Translations under genes and position numbers: made by a program
Assembly: GCF_030684315.1 (NCBI RefSeq)
Contig: NC_081396.1
Span: 5,084,001-5,148,000 of the forward strand
Origin: Stegostoma tigrinum
Lineage: Eukaryota
DNA: 64,000 bases
Direction of reading: 5' to 3'
The notes under the pieces: model-generated
The model's input: only the letters and a program-made list of their open reading frames with translations
Databases searched by the model: none
Told to the model about the DNA's origin: nothing
Shown here: positions 51,728-62,973 of the stretch, piece by piece
How positions within the stretch are numbered: position 1 is the first letter of the stretch
How the letters are laid out: each line of letters begins with the position of its first letter

Positions 51728-52469
51728 TTGGGAGCGAGAAATGGCAATCGTTGCCACAGATTTCTGGATCAAGTTGTTACCTGTTGAGGGCTGTGCATAA
51801 CAGCGGGCCACTCACTGATAATTCAGTATATTCTTGTGAGGGCTTATCCAGAGCATATTCCACATAAATATCATTTTAAATCATTCACATCAGTTGCTGA
51901 TTCTGACACTGTGTGAGGGAGGTTGCTGTTTATTTGAGAATCACTGGAAAGAGGCCACTACAGTGAAGAATACAAAACTCGAAGGGGATTGGAACGAAGT
52001 ATGTCCCAGTCCAGCCGTCCCACAAATATCTCATTCAACGGAACAAATAATTTTGACACGTAATATCAATTTGCAGTGGACACTAAAGTCTGTCGTATGA
52101 AACTCCAAACAATTGTGGCAACCTGATTACAGATTATTTAATGTGAAAGATGATTACACGTATTAATACCAAGCATCTTCAATGTTAACAGGTGCAACCT
52201 CATTCTTATCAAGAATTAGAAGCTAATGAACAAAGACCGCTCCAACAACCAAATGTAATGCAGGATTAGCTGTAGGTTTCTGACATGTTAGTGGCTGACC
52301 AGAAACCAGACCGAGGGCATCAGTCGAATTGAAATCGGCCAGGAAGATTGATGGAGTTGCTTAATCGTATCTAGATACATCATACAGGGCTTGATGTAAG
52401 TCAAGATTCAGTTATCATTTTCTTGCGCATTGCATGGGATTCTGAAGTTGTTGTTTCATGTTCTGTTGT

Positions 52470-53300
52470 GTGCACCTCTTTCACTGGCTGGAGCACAACA
52501 CCGAGGTGATCTCGCTGATGCTGATCTCGTTTAACGCACACCCTGTGCAACATAGCCTCTGCGGCTTTGTCGAAGTCTTTTTGATCTGTACATCCTATGC
52601 TTACTATGACCTGCCAATACCGCTCATAGCGTTTCACTGTATTTCAGTACACGTGACATGAAATAAGTCAGTTAGCCAAGAGCAGTGGCAACATTTAAAG
52701 GAACATTTTGCTTTCCACTGTCCCCGGTAGCAGAAAATCTGTTGGAGAAATCTGGTAACTTATCTGTCTGCTTCTTGTCGAACCTTCTCAATAAATATCT
52801 TGGAGATTCGTCGGCATGCTGAATGCACCAGAAGAGCATTGGAAAATGGATTGTGCTGTGCAATTGACGTTCAAAGAACATAGAATACTACAGCACTGGA
52901 CTGCGGACCTCCAAGTCTGTGCTGCTACATTTTGTCCTTCCAGACTAAAACTGTCTTAAATTATAGGATTAGTATCCCTCTATTCCATTCCTATTCATGT
53001 ATTGTCCAGGTGATTCTTGAATGCAGCTATTTTGTCTCCTTCCAACAACTCCACTGTCAATGCTTTCCAGGCATCCACTAGTCTTTCTCTGTACCTTCTC
53101 CAAAACATTTACATCCTTTTCTTGGTGTGGTGGCCATAACTGTGCGCATTGTCATAGCTAGCAGCTGTAGCAAACTCCGAGTAAGTACAGGGTATTTCTG
53201 AATAGTCGTCCTTTATTGCTTCTGACTGGGTCATTGAGCATCCATAAACAGTGGACATAAAGTGCGTTTATGAGAGAATGAGAAAGAAGTATCCCCCGGC
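52470..53300 (-). pseudogene. Inverted TCR alpha/delta-type V pseudogene split by two retroelement insertions
   Basis: Middle piece 52672-52870: NC..STIHFPMLFWCIQHADESPRYLLRRF...FSNRFSATGDSGKQNVPLNV. 5' piece about 53180-53295: YFFLILS*THFMSTVYGCSMTQSE. A CR1 fragment (52875-53178) and a LINE tail (about 52505-52670) interrupt it. Confidence 0.7.
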
Positions 53301-54904
53301 AGATGAAATTGGTAAATAATTAAGTATTTAGCTTGGATGTTCTATCCAACTCACTTGTGACCAGGAGAATAACAGCAGTCAAGCAGTACTTTATGTGCAT
53401 CATTACCGACTGATCTCCAGGGAGAGATAGTTATGACTGTCTGTGCCTTATCTGCATGCTATGCAATCGCTGGGGGTTTCACCCCCTCCCATATTTATTT
53501 CTCCAAGCAACCACTTTAAGTCAGAAGGGAAATGTTCAGAGAGCGACCTCCTGTGGCCAGCAGAATGGCTTCTGAAAAGCACTTTGACGCAGTGACAAAC
53601 AGCGACAGAGAAGCAGACAGATACATCTGCACACGTACACACACAAACGCAGACCCCGACACACACACATGCTGAGAGAGAAATGCAGTATGGAGGAGTA
53701 TTGGTTCATCTCCCAAGGGAGGACAGAAGTCTAATCCACAGAAGATTTACTACGTTTAACCTGAAGCCATGACACTTCATGAGGTCCAGAGATAATGATG
53801 AGGATTCCACTGCATCACCAGCTCTGCTGGGTCTGTCCACAGTTGAGATGAGACATATCCAGACATGGTGACGTTGTGTCTGTGGCTTTGGCTGTCAGAT
53901 TTGATTCCATAGATATGAGTACGTAAGGCTTTTGCTTGGCTAGACTCTGAGATAACTCTGCAAAATTTGGCACTACTTTTCCTGATCTTGATCAGGGCAA
54001 CTTTGCAGGGTCCACAAGACTATTTCTGCAGTTTATCACTCCAGTGGCTAGGTCGATTTCAGGTGGCCCGGCCAATTTCACTTCTTTGTTGAGACTTCAG
54101 ACAGATTGATAGAACTGAGTGGCATGGTCGACCATTGTTGTGGGCGTGGTGTCACATATGGAGCAGACCAGATGAGAATAGAAGATTTACTTCCCTGAAG
54201 GACATTAGTGAGCCAGATCGGGTTTCCCATCAATCAAAAATGCTGTTGAGGTCATTAAGAGATTCTTAATTCCAGATGTTTTATTGTATTAAATTCAAAC
54301 TCCACCATCTACTTTGGCATCATTCAAATCCAGGATCCCAGAGCATTAGCTCACTCTGTGGATTAATCATCAATCGATAATATGGACAGGCTGTCAGGTC
54401 CCATGTTTATGACATTTCCCCAAAGCTTTCCGTTTCAACTTTACTTCTCATTTCCTTTTGAGAGCTCTGATAGAAATTATTTCCATCATCCTTTCAGGTA
54501 ATGCATTCCAATCCATTTTAACATGCCAGTATGGATGATGCATATTTCAAAGGAAAGCCTATTGAAAGCAGAAAGCAGGGAACAACGCAATTATTGTAAA
54601 CAATGCAGGTCCATCTTTATCTGGGATGAAACTACCTCTAACTGCATTTTTGGTACTGATTTATTTGATATATTTAAATGTAATTTTGTAATTACGTTAA
54701 TATGGTAACTCAAACATGTTCAAATGTTGGGGAGTTATCAAATGCCATTTTGAAACTGGAAACATAAACTTTTGTCTTTGCCTTCAGTCCGGAATAGGTG
54801 ACAAACATAGACTTCAATGTGTTTCAGATCTCTAGCACCACAGTTGCGTTTAATATTATGAAACAGATCACAATCTTCCTGTGAAGAAAATACTAACTGC
54901 TCAA

Positions 54905-55100
54905 CATGATTGAAAAAAAACACCTTCACAGCAGGAAGATATTGTGCTCAATCTGTAAGTAGTTCAGGCTTCAAGTGATCACCCCTCTTGAAGAGGTACA
55001 AAGATGATATCACCGTGGAGAAACCATGGAAATGTGAGTGCTGCCACATGGGATGCAATTACTCCGCCACTGGAAACCCTTCAACGATCGCATTGTGGGA
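54905..55100 (+). pseudogene. C2H2 zinc-finger relic
   Basis: EKPWKCECCHMGCNYS..LET resembles the first finger ([16 protein letters not shown]) of the 14.5-kb gene. Confidence 0.55.
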
Positions 55101-56583
55101 TGCATTTCTTGAGTTTGTACTGAACACGTCTGAAGCAGAACATTGAAGGACCAAATAATCTAATGCCTTTTGTGAAGAGAAAGGGCAATTATTAAGCTTG
55201 CTGTGAAGAAGCTTTGTAGAATAGGACTACAAGACTGGAATTTTTAATCAGGTTTCAAAGTAGCACAGTTTATCCTGGAATCTAAACAATGGAAATTATG
55301 AAGATGGGAGTGGCAGATTGGCTGTGATGGCTTGCCAAAATAGGAAAATAATTTGAAAGTGGACAAGTAGCAGCGAATGGTTGAAGAAGTATTGTATGAT
55401 AATTTATTCCACGGAAACAGAAATATACAGCAGGAAAATTAATTAACTACGGGTGACAGAAGTACTGAAAGATTACATTAGAATAAAAATAGCTTGTAAG
55501 GCTGCAAGGAACAGCGTTAAGTCAAAAGATTGAAAGTAATTTAGAATTCAAAAAAGAATAACCAAGAACAATGTTAAACAGGAAAATAGAAGAGGCATGG
55601 AATCTCAGAGGAATCATAAAGGCGGACTTAAAGATCGCTTACATAATGACAAGCAGAACATGCAAAAATTTGCTTGTTGGACACCCAAATCATCAGCTTC
55701 AACATTCATTGCCTCATCAATGATGTGCATTTACTGAGGTGTGGCCACAAGATACACGACGATGACTCACCAAATGTCTTACAGCAGAACCTGTTCACAC
55801 CAACCACCACTGGGAAAAACAATGGCGGCAGAAGCAAGGAAACACCCCTTATTGCAACTCAGTCCTAGGGCATGCTCTGTCGTGACATTCTTTCACCATC
55901 CGTTGGTCTAGGCCCCAAAACTCTTTTCCTAAGTACAATGTGGGTGCACCAACGGATGTAGATGTCAAGAAGGCAGCTGGCCACCACCTTCTCCCAGGAG
56001 GTTCGGATTGTTTGAAGTTTATCTCCCTATTTCTCTGCGCTGAAATTAATATAATGGCATTCTTTGCTGGTGGCTCGGCGCCGCTGCGCAGGCATAGTGT
56101 GAAAATCATTTGGAATTCAGTCAGAGAAAGGACAATGATGCACAACACCGTTAAAATTGACAGCTTGTTCCTTCTGTACCCAAGAATAAGAGGGTGAGAG
56201 TGTTTCATTGCAGTGATCAGTTTCAACCAATCAACTTATATATAATCGATTCATAATTGTTCACCTGCATCTGGGATCTATTCATTCACAATAATTATTA
56301 ATTCATGAACAAAAACCGAAGTTTCTGGTAAAGCTCAACATGTCTGGCAGCATCTGTGAAGACAAAAAAATAAAATCAGAGTTCATATTTCGGATCTGAT
56401 GGCCCTTCCTGATAACTAATTACTAATCCATGTTACATACAGAAACCTGGTCCGTGTTTTCTGTTAATTCCTGTCCGAAGGCCAGGCAAAACAGGGATTC
56501 TGTGAACATCTTCTAGTAAAAGGAGATTTTGGAAGATGTTTGTGTGGTTTGAGAACTAATCCATCAGAGAATGGTAGTTGAAG

Positions 56584-56588
56584 GCGTG

Positions 56589-56640
<52 letters not shown>
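56584..56640. repeat. Compound (TG)n(AG)n microsatellite
   Basis: Direct reading. Confidence 0.95.
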
Positions 56641-56641
<1 letters not shown>

Positions 56642-57270
56642 TTTCAGAAAAAAATACGGTTGATGGTTATATGATAACGAGTTACCAAGTTTGATCTTCG
56701 TGTTTCCTGTTTGCATTGTGCACACAGTAGAAATGAACGTTCAGACCGCACGACTCTGAGGTAGCTTTCAATGACAAATGAAGTTTTTAGGGTTAATGCT
56801 GAGACAGCTCTCTTGTTACCCCAAGGCGTATCAAAGTATGGAATAACGTTTCAGTACAACGTGTGTTTTAAATTCCCTGAAATCACTGGGTACCGCAGTT
56901 GAAGGAAAACGTGTAGAAAATCCTTGGATAGCAATGTAATTCCGGGAGGGGACATCGACCCGTTTTGATCGAGCGCGATCCAGTCAATTTGTGTTGAGAA
57001 AATGTACCTCGCAATAACCAGAAGTCGCCACTGGAGGGCATTGTGAATCTGGATATAAGTTGAAAGTGAGGCGGGGAGGGAAACCACAGACTGTGGGAGC
57101 AGCTGTCGGTGTGAAGACTTGGTACTGAAACAGAAGCACCAAGACACAGCTTCTTCCATAACTTTGAAAGAAGGCGGCTCTGAATTAGACTTGAAGGGAT
57201 CACTTTTCTAATTATTAGCTCGTGTTTCTCAACAGAATTCTGTGCACCTTACTTTTCAAGTAAGTTGCCA

Positions 57271-57605
57271 ATGTCTCAAATTTACAGAGTTCTTTTGTTG
57301 CTTTCCACTCTAATCTACACAGAAGTGACCGGCGAAGATGAAGTAATGCAACTTCCTCAGTGGACAACTGTTAGCGAAGCAGGAATCGCTTCCATGAACT
57401 GCTCTACAACCACAAGATTTAGGGTGGTGCATTGGTACCGGCAACTCACGAATCTTCCACCCCAGTATCTGGTGATGGCCAAAACAAAAACTGAACAAGG
57501 CGAGAGGATCACCGCTTCAATCAATACAGACTACAAACACAGTACTCTAACGGTGAAAGATGCAGCTCTTAACGACTCTGCCATCTATCTCTGTGCTGCT
57601 GATGG
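57271..57605 (+). CDS. Intact T-cell receptor V gene segment (alpha/delta type), leader in frame with the V domain
   Basis: MSQIYRVLLLLSTLIYTEVTG/EDEVMQLPQWTTVSEAGIASMNC...VVHWYRQ..PPQYLV...HSTLTVKDAALNDSAIYLCAAD. Canonical Cys, Trp and D-x-A-x-Y-x-C; no stops; immediately followed by an RSS. Confidence 0.9.
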
Positions 57606-57644
57606 CACAGTGTTACAAACAGAAGGAGAGGCTAGACTAAAACC
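57606..57644 (+). promoter_or_regulatory. Recombination signal sequence, 23-bp spacer
   Basis: CACAGTG (57606-57612), 23-nt spacer, ACTAAAACC (57636-57644; 8/9 match to ACAAAAACC). Confidence 0.92.
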
Positions 57645-59052
57645 TCGACTGATTGGGAGGGCAACGATGATGAATTTGAAGTAGCAACCTTACTAATTTA
57701 GGCCTCTATAATTCAATATTAACGTGAATGAAGACAAAAAGAAAAGAAAAACAGATGTAAAGAGCATGAGAAGTGAAGAGAATTAGAAATCTCGGCGAAG
57801 ATAAAGTAAGAGTGCGCATATACTAATATCAGTGATAGAAAACCATAAAGAAAAAAACAGAATTAACATTACATACCTGTAAGTGACTGAATGGTGAGAA
57901 ACTATTGAAAGAAAAATGGAAGAAAGTGGAAAATACGAGAGTGATGCAAAGAGGTAAAATATTCATTCAAATTAAATCATTAGTCAACCATGAAGGTAGT
58001 AAAGTGGCCTTTCTTTTAACACAATTCACATTTTATTAATAGTTACAAAATCCAAATTCGTCAAAAACGTTTCCTAAATGCTGATAATTGGATGTCATCT
58101 CATTCACCAAGTTGTTCATTTCCTTGTGGTGCAACATTACTAGATACCCAGCCAGCAGACGCTGTAGTCCCACTCACATCAACTCTTGCAGCCTCGTTGT
58201 GTCATCCTCACCACTTGCCTTCCCATTTATTTTTGTGTCATTCATAAACGTCACAGAGTAATTATTTTCCTTCAGGATTCGTGTTCATGCGTATCTCTGC
58301 TGTCTCACCATCCCCATTCAAACTTTGAGAATAAAAAACTGCACATTAATGTCTTCCTTAAAATTTTCATTTGTGGAATTTGGGTGCTGCAAGAAATGCT
58401 GGCATCCAGTTGTAATACACTTTGAAACTGCAGCAGTGAATCGTCTTTTTCAGCTGCTGCCAAGTGTCTAGTATAGATACTGTAGTTGCATTGCATGGCA
58501 GAAAGCAAAATTTGAGAAACGTCAGTTGCTATGAATCTTACCAGAAAATGCAACAAAACGACATTCCCAGCTACAGTTTAAGTAATTGACATTCTGGTTG
58601 TTTAATCACCTCATGGTTATGTCCAAATCTCTCACACCAACTGACCGCCTGCATGGATTGAAGGGAACTCTCAAAATCAGAGGCCAGCTCTGTTATCTGG
58701 GGAGCTCCAGTTCTGATACTCGAACATGAACTGTGTTTCTTCTCTGATTTTGGCTCTTGGCAAATAAAACTATTAAATGTCAGAATTAGTTTGATGTTTG
58801 TTTAAAACACCATGGTATGGTGAATGAATTCATTGTGCTCCTTTCCGACCCTGCCCAATGAAATGGAGGTCAATGGAACTTGAAAAATGAATTGAAGAGC
58901 GAAGGCGTTCAAACAGCATTGGCTGTCCCCTGATGTCTTTGTCAACAATGAAGCAATTGGCAGAGATACAGAAATTACTTGACCCCTTTCTTGACTAAAA
59001 CAAATTCAGCTTCAACGAGTTCTGCTCACACTCACTGTGATCTTGTGGAACT

Positions 59053-59104
59053 ATGTCTCATGGAGCATTGTGTTTATTCCTCACATCTGCAGCTGTTCTA
59101 ACTG
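59053..59104 (+). other. Leader-like exon with GC (mutated GT?) donor, no intact V downstream
   Basis: MSHGALCLFLTSAAVLT+G|GCGAGC has the hydrophobic length and phase-1 end of an antigen-receptor leader exon. Confidence 0.4.
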
Positions 59105-59582
59105 GCGAGCTGACAGCTGGTGGAACTCTTGGTTTCATATCATCAGTTGCCATTACATTTACACAAGCAGTTCCACCAAAACAGAGTCAGCAATACATTC
59201 TCTCCGATGAGAACAATCACCCGGAACAAAACTTGTCCTAATACCCAGCACTGATTAGGAGAAGTTAGGAAATGTGTTCGAGTGAATGACAATGGAAGAC
59301 TTAGGCTGAGCAATCAGGCAGAGCTGAGTCTATTGAGGTGGATTGGCAGAGGTAACAGTTTTAATCTCATGGGCCATTTGCTATTTTCTTCTCAAACGTC
59401 AGTTGAAATGGAAATTGATCTCGTTAGAAGGTGTGATCTGTTTATTAAAGATCATTGTATTTAATCTGTCAAGGCTTTTCCTGTGACAGCAACTGAGTTG
59501 TACAAATGGATTTTTGTTTATCTTCTGACTTATTTCTCAGATTATTGTTCAAGGTGATAGATGATTATGGGCAAAAAGAGTA

Positions 59583-59948
59583 ATGGAGCATTTTCTGTAA
59601 TTTCCTGATTCTCCTGGGTCTTGCTGGACTTTGTCAAGGAGATCCTGTCTCACAGAGATGAGCATCAATTGCACTGGATTGGGATGAGGGAAGATATCCA
59701 GTTGTTCTACACTCTGTCAAGCAGCGATGCTAAATATTCTGATACCGTCAAAATTCCAGTGACTTCATGGAGTTTCTGATGTGGAGAAGCCAATACATCG
59801 GGAGCATAGAGAGAGTTCCATGAGACAAATTTCCTCAGTGCTTGTTCACAGCACTATCAAGTTGAAAGGGATGACAATGGGATGACAGACTGCCTGGTGT
59901 ACCACTGCGTACTGAGCCACAAAATTGGGCTGAACCTGTGTAAAAACG
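59583..59948 (+). pseudogene. TCR alpha/delta-type V pseudogene with in-frame leader and damaged RSS
   Basis: MEH/fs/FCNFLILLGLAGLCQG-DPVSQR*, IF*YRQNSSDFMEFLMWR, TDCLVYHCVLS. Then CACAAAA (59918) and nonamer-like GTAAAAACG (59940) with a shortened spacer. Confidence 0.75.
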
Positions 59949-61829
59949 GTCGGAGTGTCACTGAATATGACAGCGCGTCAGGCAGACAATGAGATCAGAA
60001 GTGGATCTGAAACGCTTCCCGAATTCACAATGATCTCCGATATTTTTCGTTTGAATACATATCTTTATTCATTTTAAGCATATTGTTGAATTAAACTGAA
60101 GCTGTTAGTTCAGTGAGTGCAAAGAAAATAATTTATTTCGTGACGTTTAAACAAACTCAAAATGCTCCACCTTTTCAGTGATGAAATAACATAGAAAATG
60201 CATCAACCAATTACGTCCAATGAAAGATTTAGGTCTTGTTCAAGAAACAATAATCTGTCACATGATTCAAATAACGAACTGCTCGAGCAACTTGAATAAC
60301 TTCAAGCGTTTTTTGTGTTATTCAAAACCGCCCCAGCAGCTGCATGTTAACAGTTCCAGGATGGCGAATGATAGAGTCACTGGCTCAGGAAAATGTAAAC
60401 TTGATTTAAAATATCAACCAGAAAGTGTATGAAACTCACGTTGGAAGAGCAAGAACGAAATGAATATGACCAGTAGCTGCTGATTAATGAGCCAGGGTCA
60501 CCACTGGAAGTCTCAATGACAAAATTGTCTCTGCTGTTCGGCGATCTAGAATTGAACATTCTTCACCGACGACCTACATTTGTTGATTTCTTGACAGTGG
60601 TTCATATCTGGAAATGTCAGTTGCGCAAACACCAACGGATTCCTTTTATTTCTCTGGTGACATTTCAGAGAAATCATCTCCTGCTGTAACCCAAGCTTGC
60701 CTTAGAGTAGGCAACGATGATCTACTTCCTGAACTGTTGAATGGTTGGGTAGCAAAAACAGCCACAATGCTGTTAACAAAGCAGTTCCAAGATTTTGAGC
60801 CAGCGGCAATGAAGGAATGTATACTGTTCAAAGCCAGGAAGGTGACTGAATAACGGGGAAAGTCAGAGATGGTATTGTAACCCAGAAGCTCTAGATTTTG
60901 GTTAGTTATTGTTTATTCTAGATCAATGCCTCCTGTAGAATTCGGTTAATCTGACTGCCTTGACACTTCTCAGTGACTCCAGCTGGGTTACTCTTGTGGG
61001 TAAAGTAACTAATGAACTGGCACTGATATCCCATTTCCCCGGATCGATCTAAGATCCGTTATCTGACAACAATGAAATCTGTTGTTTCTGGACAAACAAT
61101 TATAGAAAAGCAACTCTCCCTGTTATTGTAACCGAACTATGAGCCACAATTCGAACAGCATTTGTGTCTAAAATTTTGTTCTAGTTCCACCTGATGGTCT
61201 TCACTCTTCTCTCTGCCTGACAGAAGCATATTTAACTGTCCCTAATCTTCAGAGTTTTGGATGTGCAGTGAGAGAGAACAGGGAGTGCGGTACCAATGTT
61301 TTTCCTCCATTTACCGTTCACTTGTTCACTGTCCCTGGGAAGATAACGACGGGAAATGGTTCAAAAATTCCAGCATGACGTGTGGACAGTTGCCATTAGC
61401 AGGAGTTCGACATCAGCTTTGCTGAAAACGGTCTTTACCCGCCCTCCCACTGTATACTGAGCAGGACTTTGTACAGCTGCAGCAAACCTTTCCCTCTTTC
61501 CTATCGCAGCCTCTGTAAAATATTGTATAGCAAGGGGAATGAGATTGTAGATACTCTCTCATATAAATTAGGGTGGTTTGCGTCAATTTGAGCATTTTAT
61601 TTAAAGAAACAAACGCGGTAACATCATGTTCCAAAGTAAGAATTGGAAGGCCAAAATCTTTTTAAGAATTTATTGCCCAATTACCGATATCATTGACCGA
61701 GGTACAGTCTGCGCAGGCCCTGAAGAAGCTCCAGATACTCGTCCATGATTATGTTTCTTACGTCAGCGCCATCAGAGCGGTACTGGGCAATGTCTGAAAA
61801 GAGATAATTCATGGCGAATTTAGCGCTAA

Positions 61830-62470
61830 TATGAAGATCGGTCGTGAATGTGAACGAGGTTGATGTTAGGAAGGAGAATGTGCCAGAAATTTTGAAGAAA
61901 AAGGATAGATAGGCCCACTAGGCCAGGCAGTATATCACCAATGTTACACGGCAAGTGAGGGAGGAGATTGCCGTGCCTTTGCTGATGATCTTGGCGTCCT
62001 TCTGGTCCACTGGAGCAGTACCAGATGATTGCCGATTGGCAAATGTTATTCACTCGTTCAAGAAAAGGAATTTGGGCAATCCTTGGAATTACGGAGCAGG
62101 TAATCTTACTTCTGTGATAATGGGAACTGCAGATGCTGGAGAATCTGAGATAAGGTGTGGAGCTGGATGAACACAGCAGGCCAAGCAGCATCTTCGGAGC
62201 ACAGAAACTGACGTTTCGGGCCTAGACCCTTCATCTACTTCAACAAGTTTTGGTCTTCAGGTCTTTCACCACGCTTTCCCCCATCCCACACATCAGGTCT
62301 TGTTATCATTGAATCAAAGAGTTTTGCAGCATGGAAAAAGTCAATGCCCAACGTAATCACATGCAAGATTAGTTTCACCTGTCCAGTTCTGACCCATATC
62401 TGTCCTAACCTCTTGTTCACGTAATTATCAAAATGTTTTTTTAAATGTTGTAATTGTGAACACGCCAACC
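61830..62470. mobile_element. CR1 fragments with a nested Penelope family-1 terminus (about 62115-62235, minus strand)
   Basis: REEIAVPL..VPDDCRLANV..NY. The insert reverse complement is gatgaagggtctaggcccgaaacgtcag... Confidence 0.75.
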
Positions 62471-62901
62471 ATTTACGTTGTTACGCAATAATAGTTCCCC
62501 TTTCCAGCCATTCATTCTTCTATATTGATCATGACTCCAATTGTCTTTTACTTCCTTTTGGATCCATCTCAACTTATAGTTTATACCTTACACTGGAATC
62601 CCTTCGCTAGCTTCTGCATAAAACCAACTGTTTCCTCACTACCACCAGTTCTGAAGAAGGATCGCCGAAGCCAAACATTTGTTTCTCTTTTATCATCATA
62701 GATGATGCCAAATCTGTTGTGCATTCTCAGCAATTCCTGTTTTTCTTGTAGAAAAATGTGAATTGGCCCCAGCTACTTATGATGCTTTTGTCTCTAGTTT
62801 AAAAGGCACAAAAATTTCGATAGAGCCCTTCTGGTTTTGCTGTTGGTGCTATCAATAATTCCTCATCATTTTAACGTTTGTACAAGAACAACAAATTGCC
62901 C

Positions 62902-62973
62902 TCCCCTGGCCAGGGATGAAACCTAGCTTACAACAGTGCAAGTTCCAAATGCGAACCACTAGGCCACCAGGGA
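62902..62973 (-). pseudogene. tRNA-Glu-derived pseudogene
   Basis: 72 nt, TCCCTGGTGGCCTAGTGGTTCGCATTTGG...CCCTGGCCAGGGGA, colinear with vertebrate tRNA-Glu (TCCCTGGTGGTCTAGTGGTTAGGATTCGG...GGTCAGGGAA). The anticodon and T arms are disrupted. Confidence 0.7.

Noticed and set aside
57222-57265. GTG-FLNRILCTLLF followed by GTAAGT as a separate leader exon for the intact V
   Set aside because: No ATG, a phase-2 end that is out of frame with the acceptor at 57322, and only a 63-nt intron. The in-frame leader from 57271 fits better.
57606-57684. C-terminal extension of ORF 57265-57684 (TVLQTEGEARLKPR...)
   Set aside because: It is read-through of the RSS, not protein.
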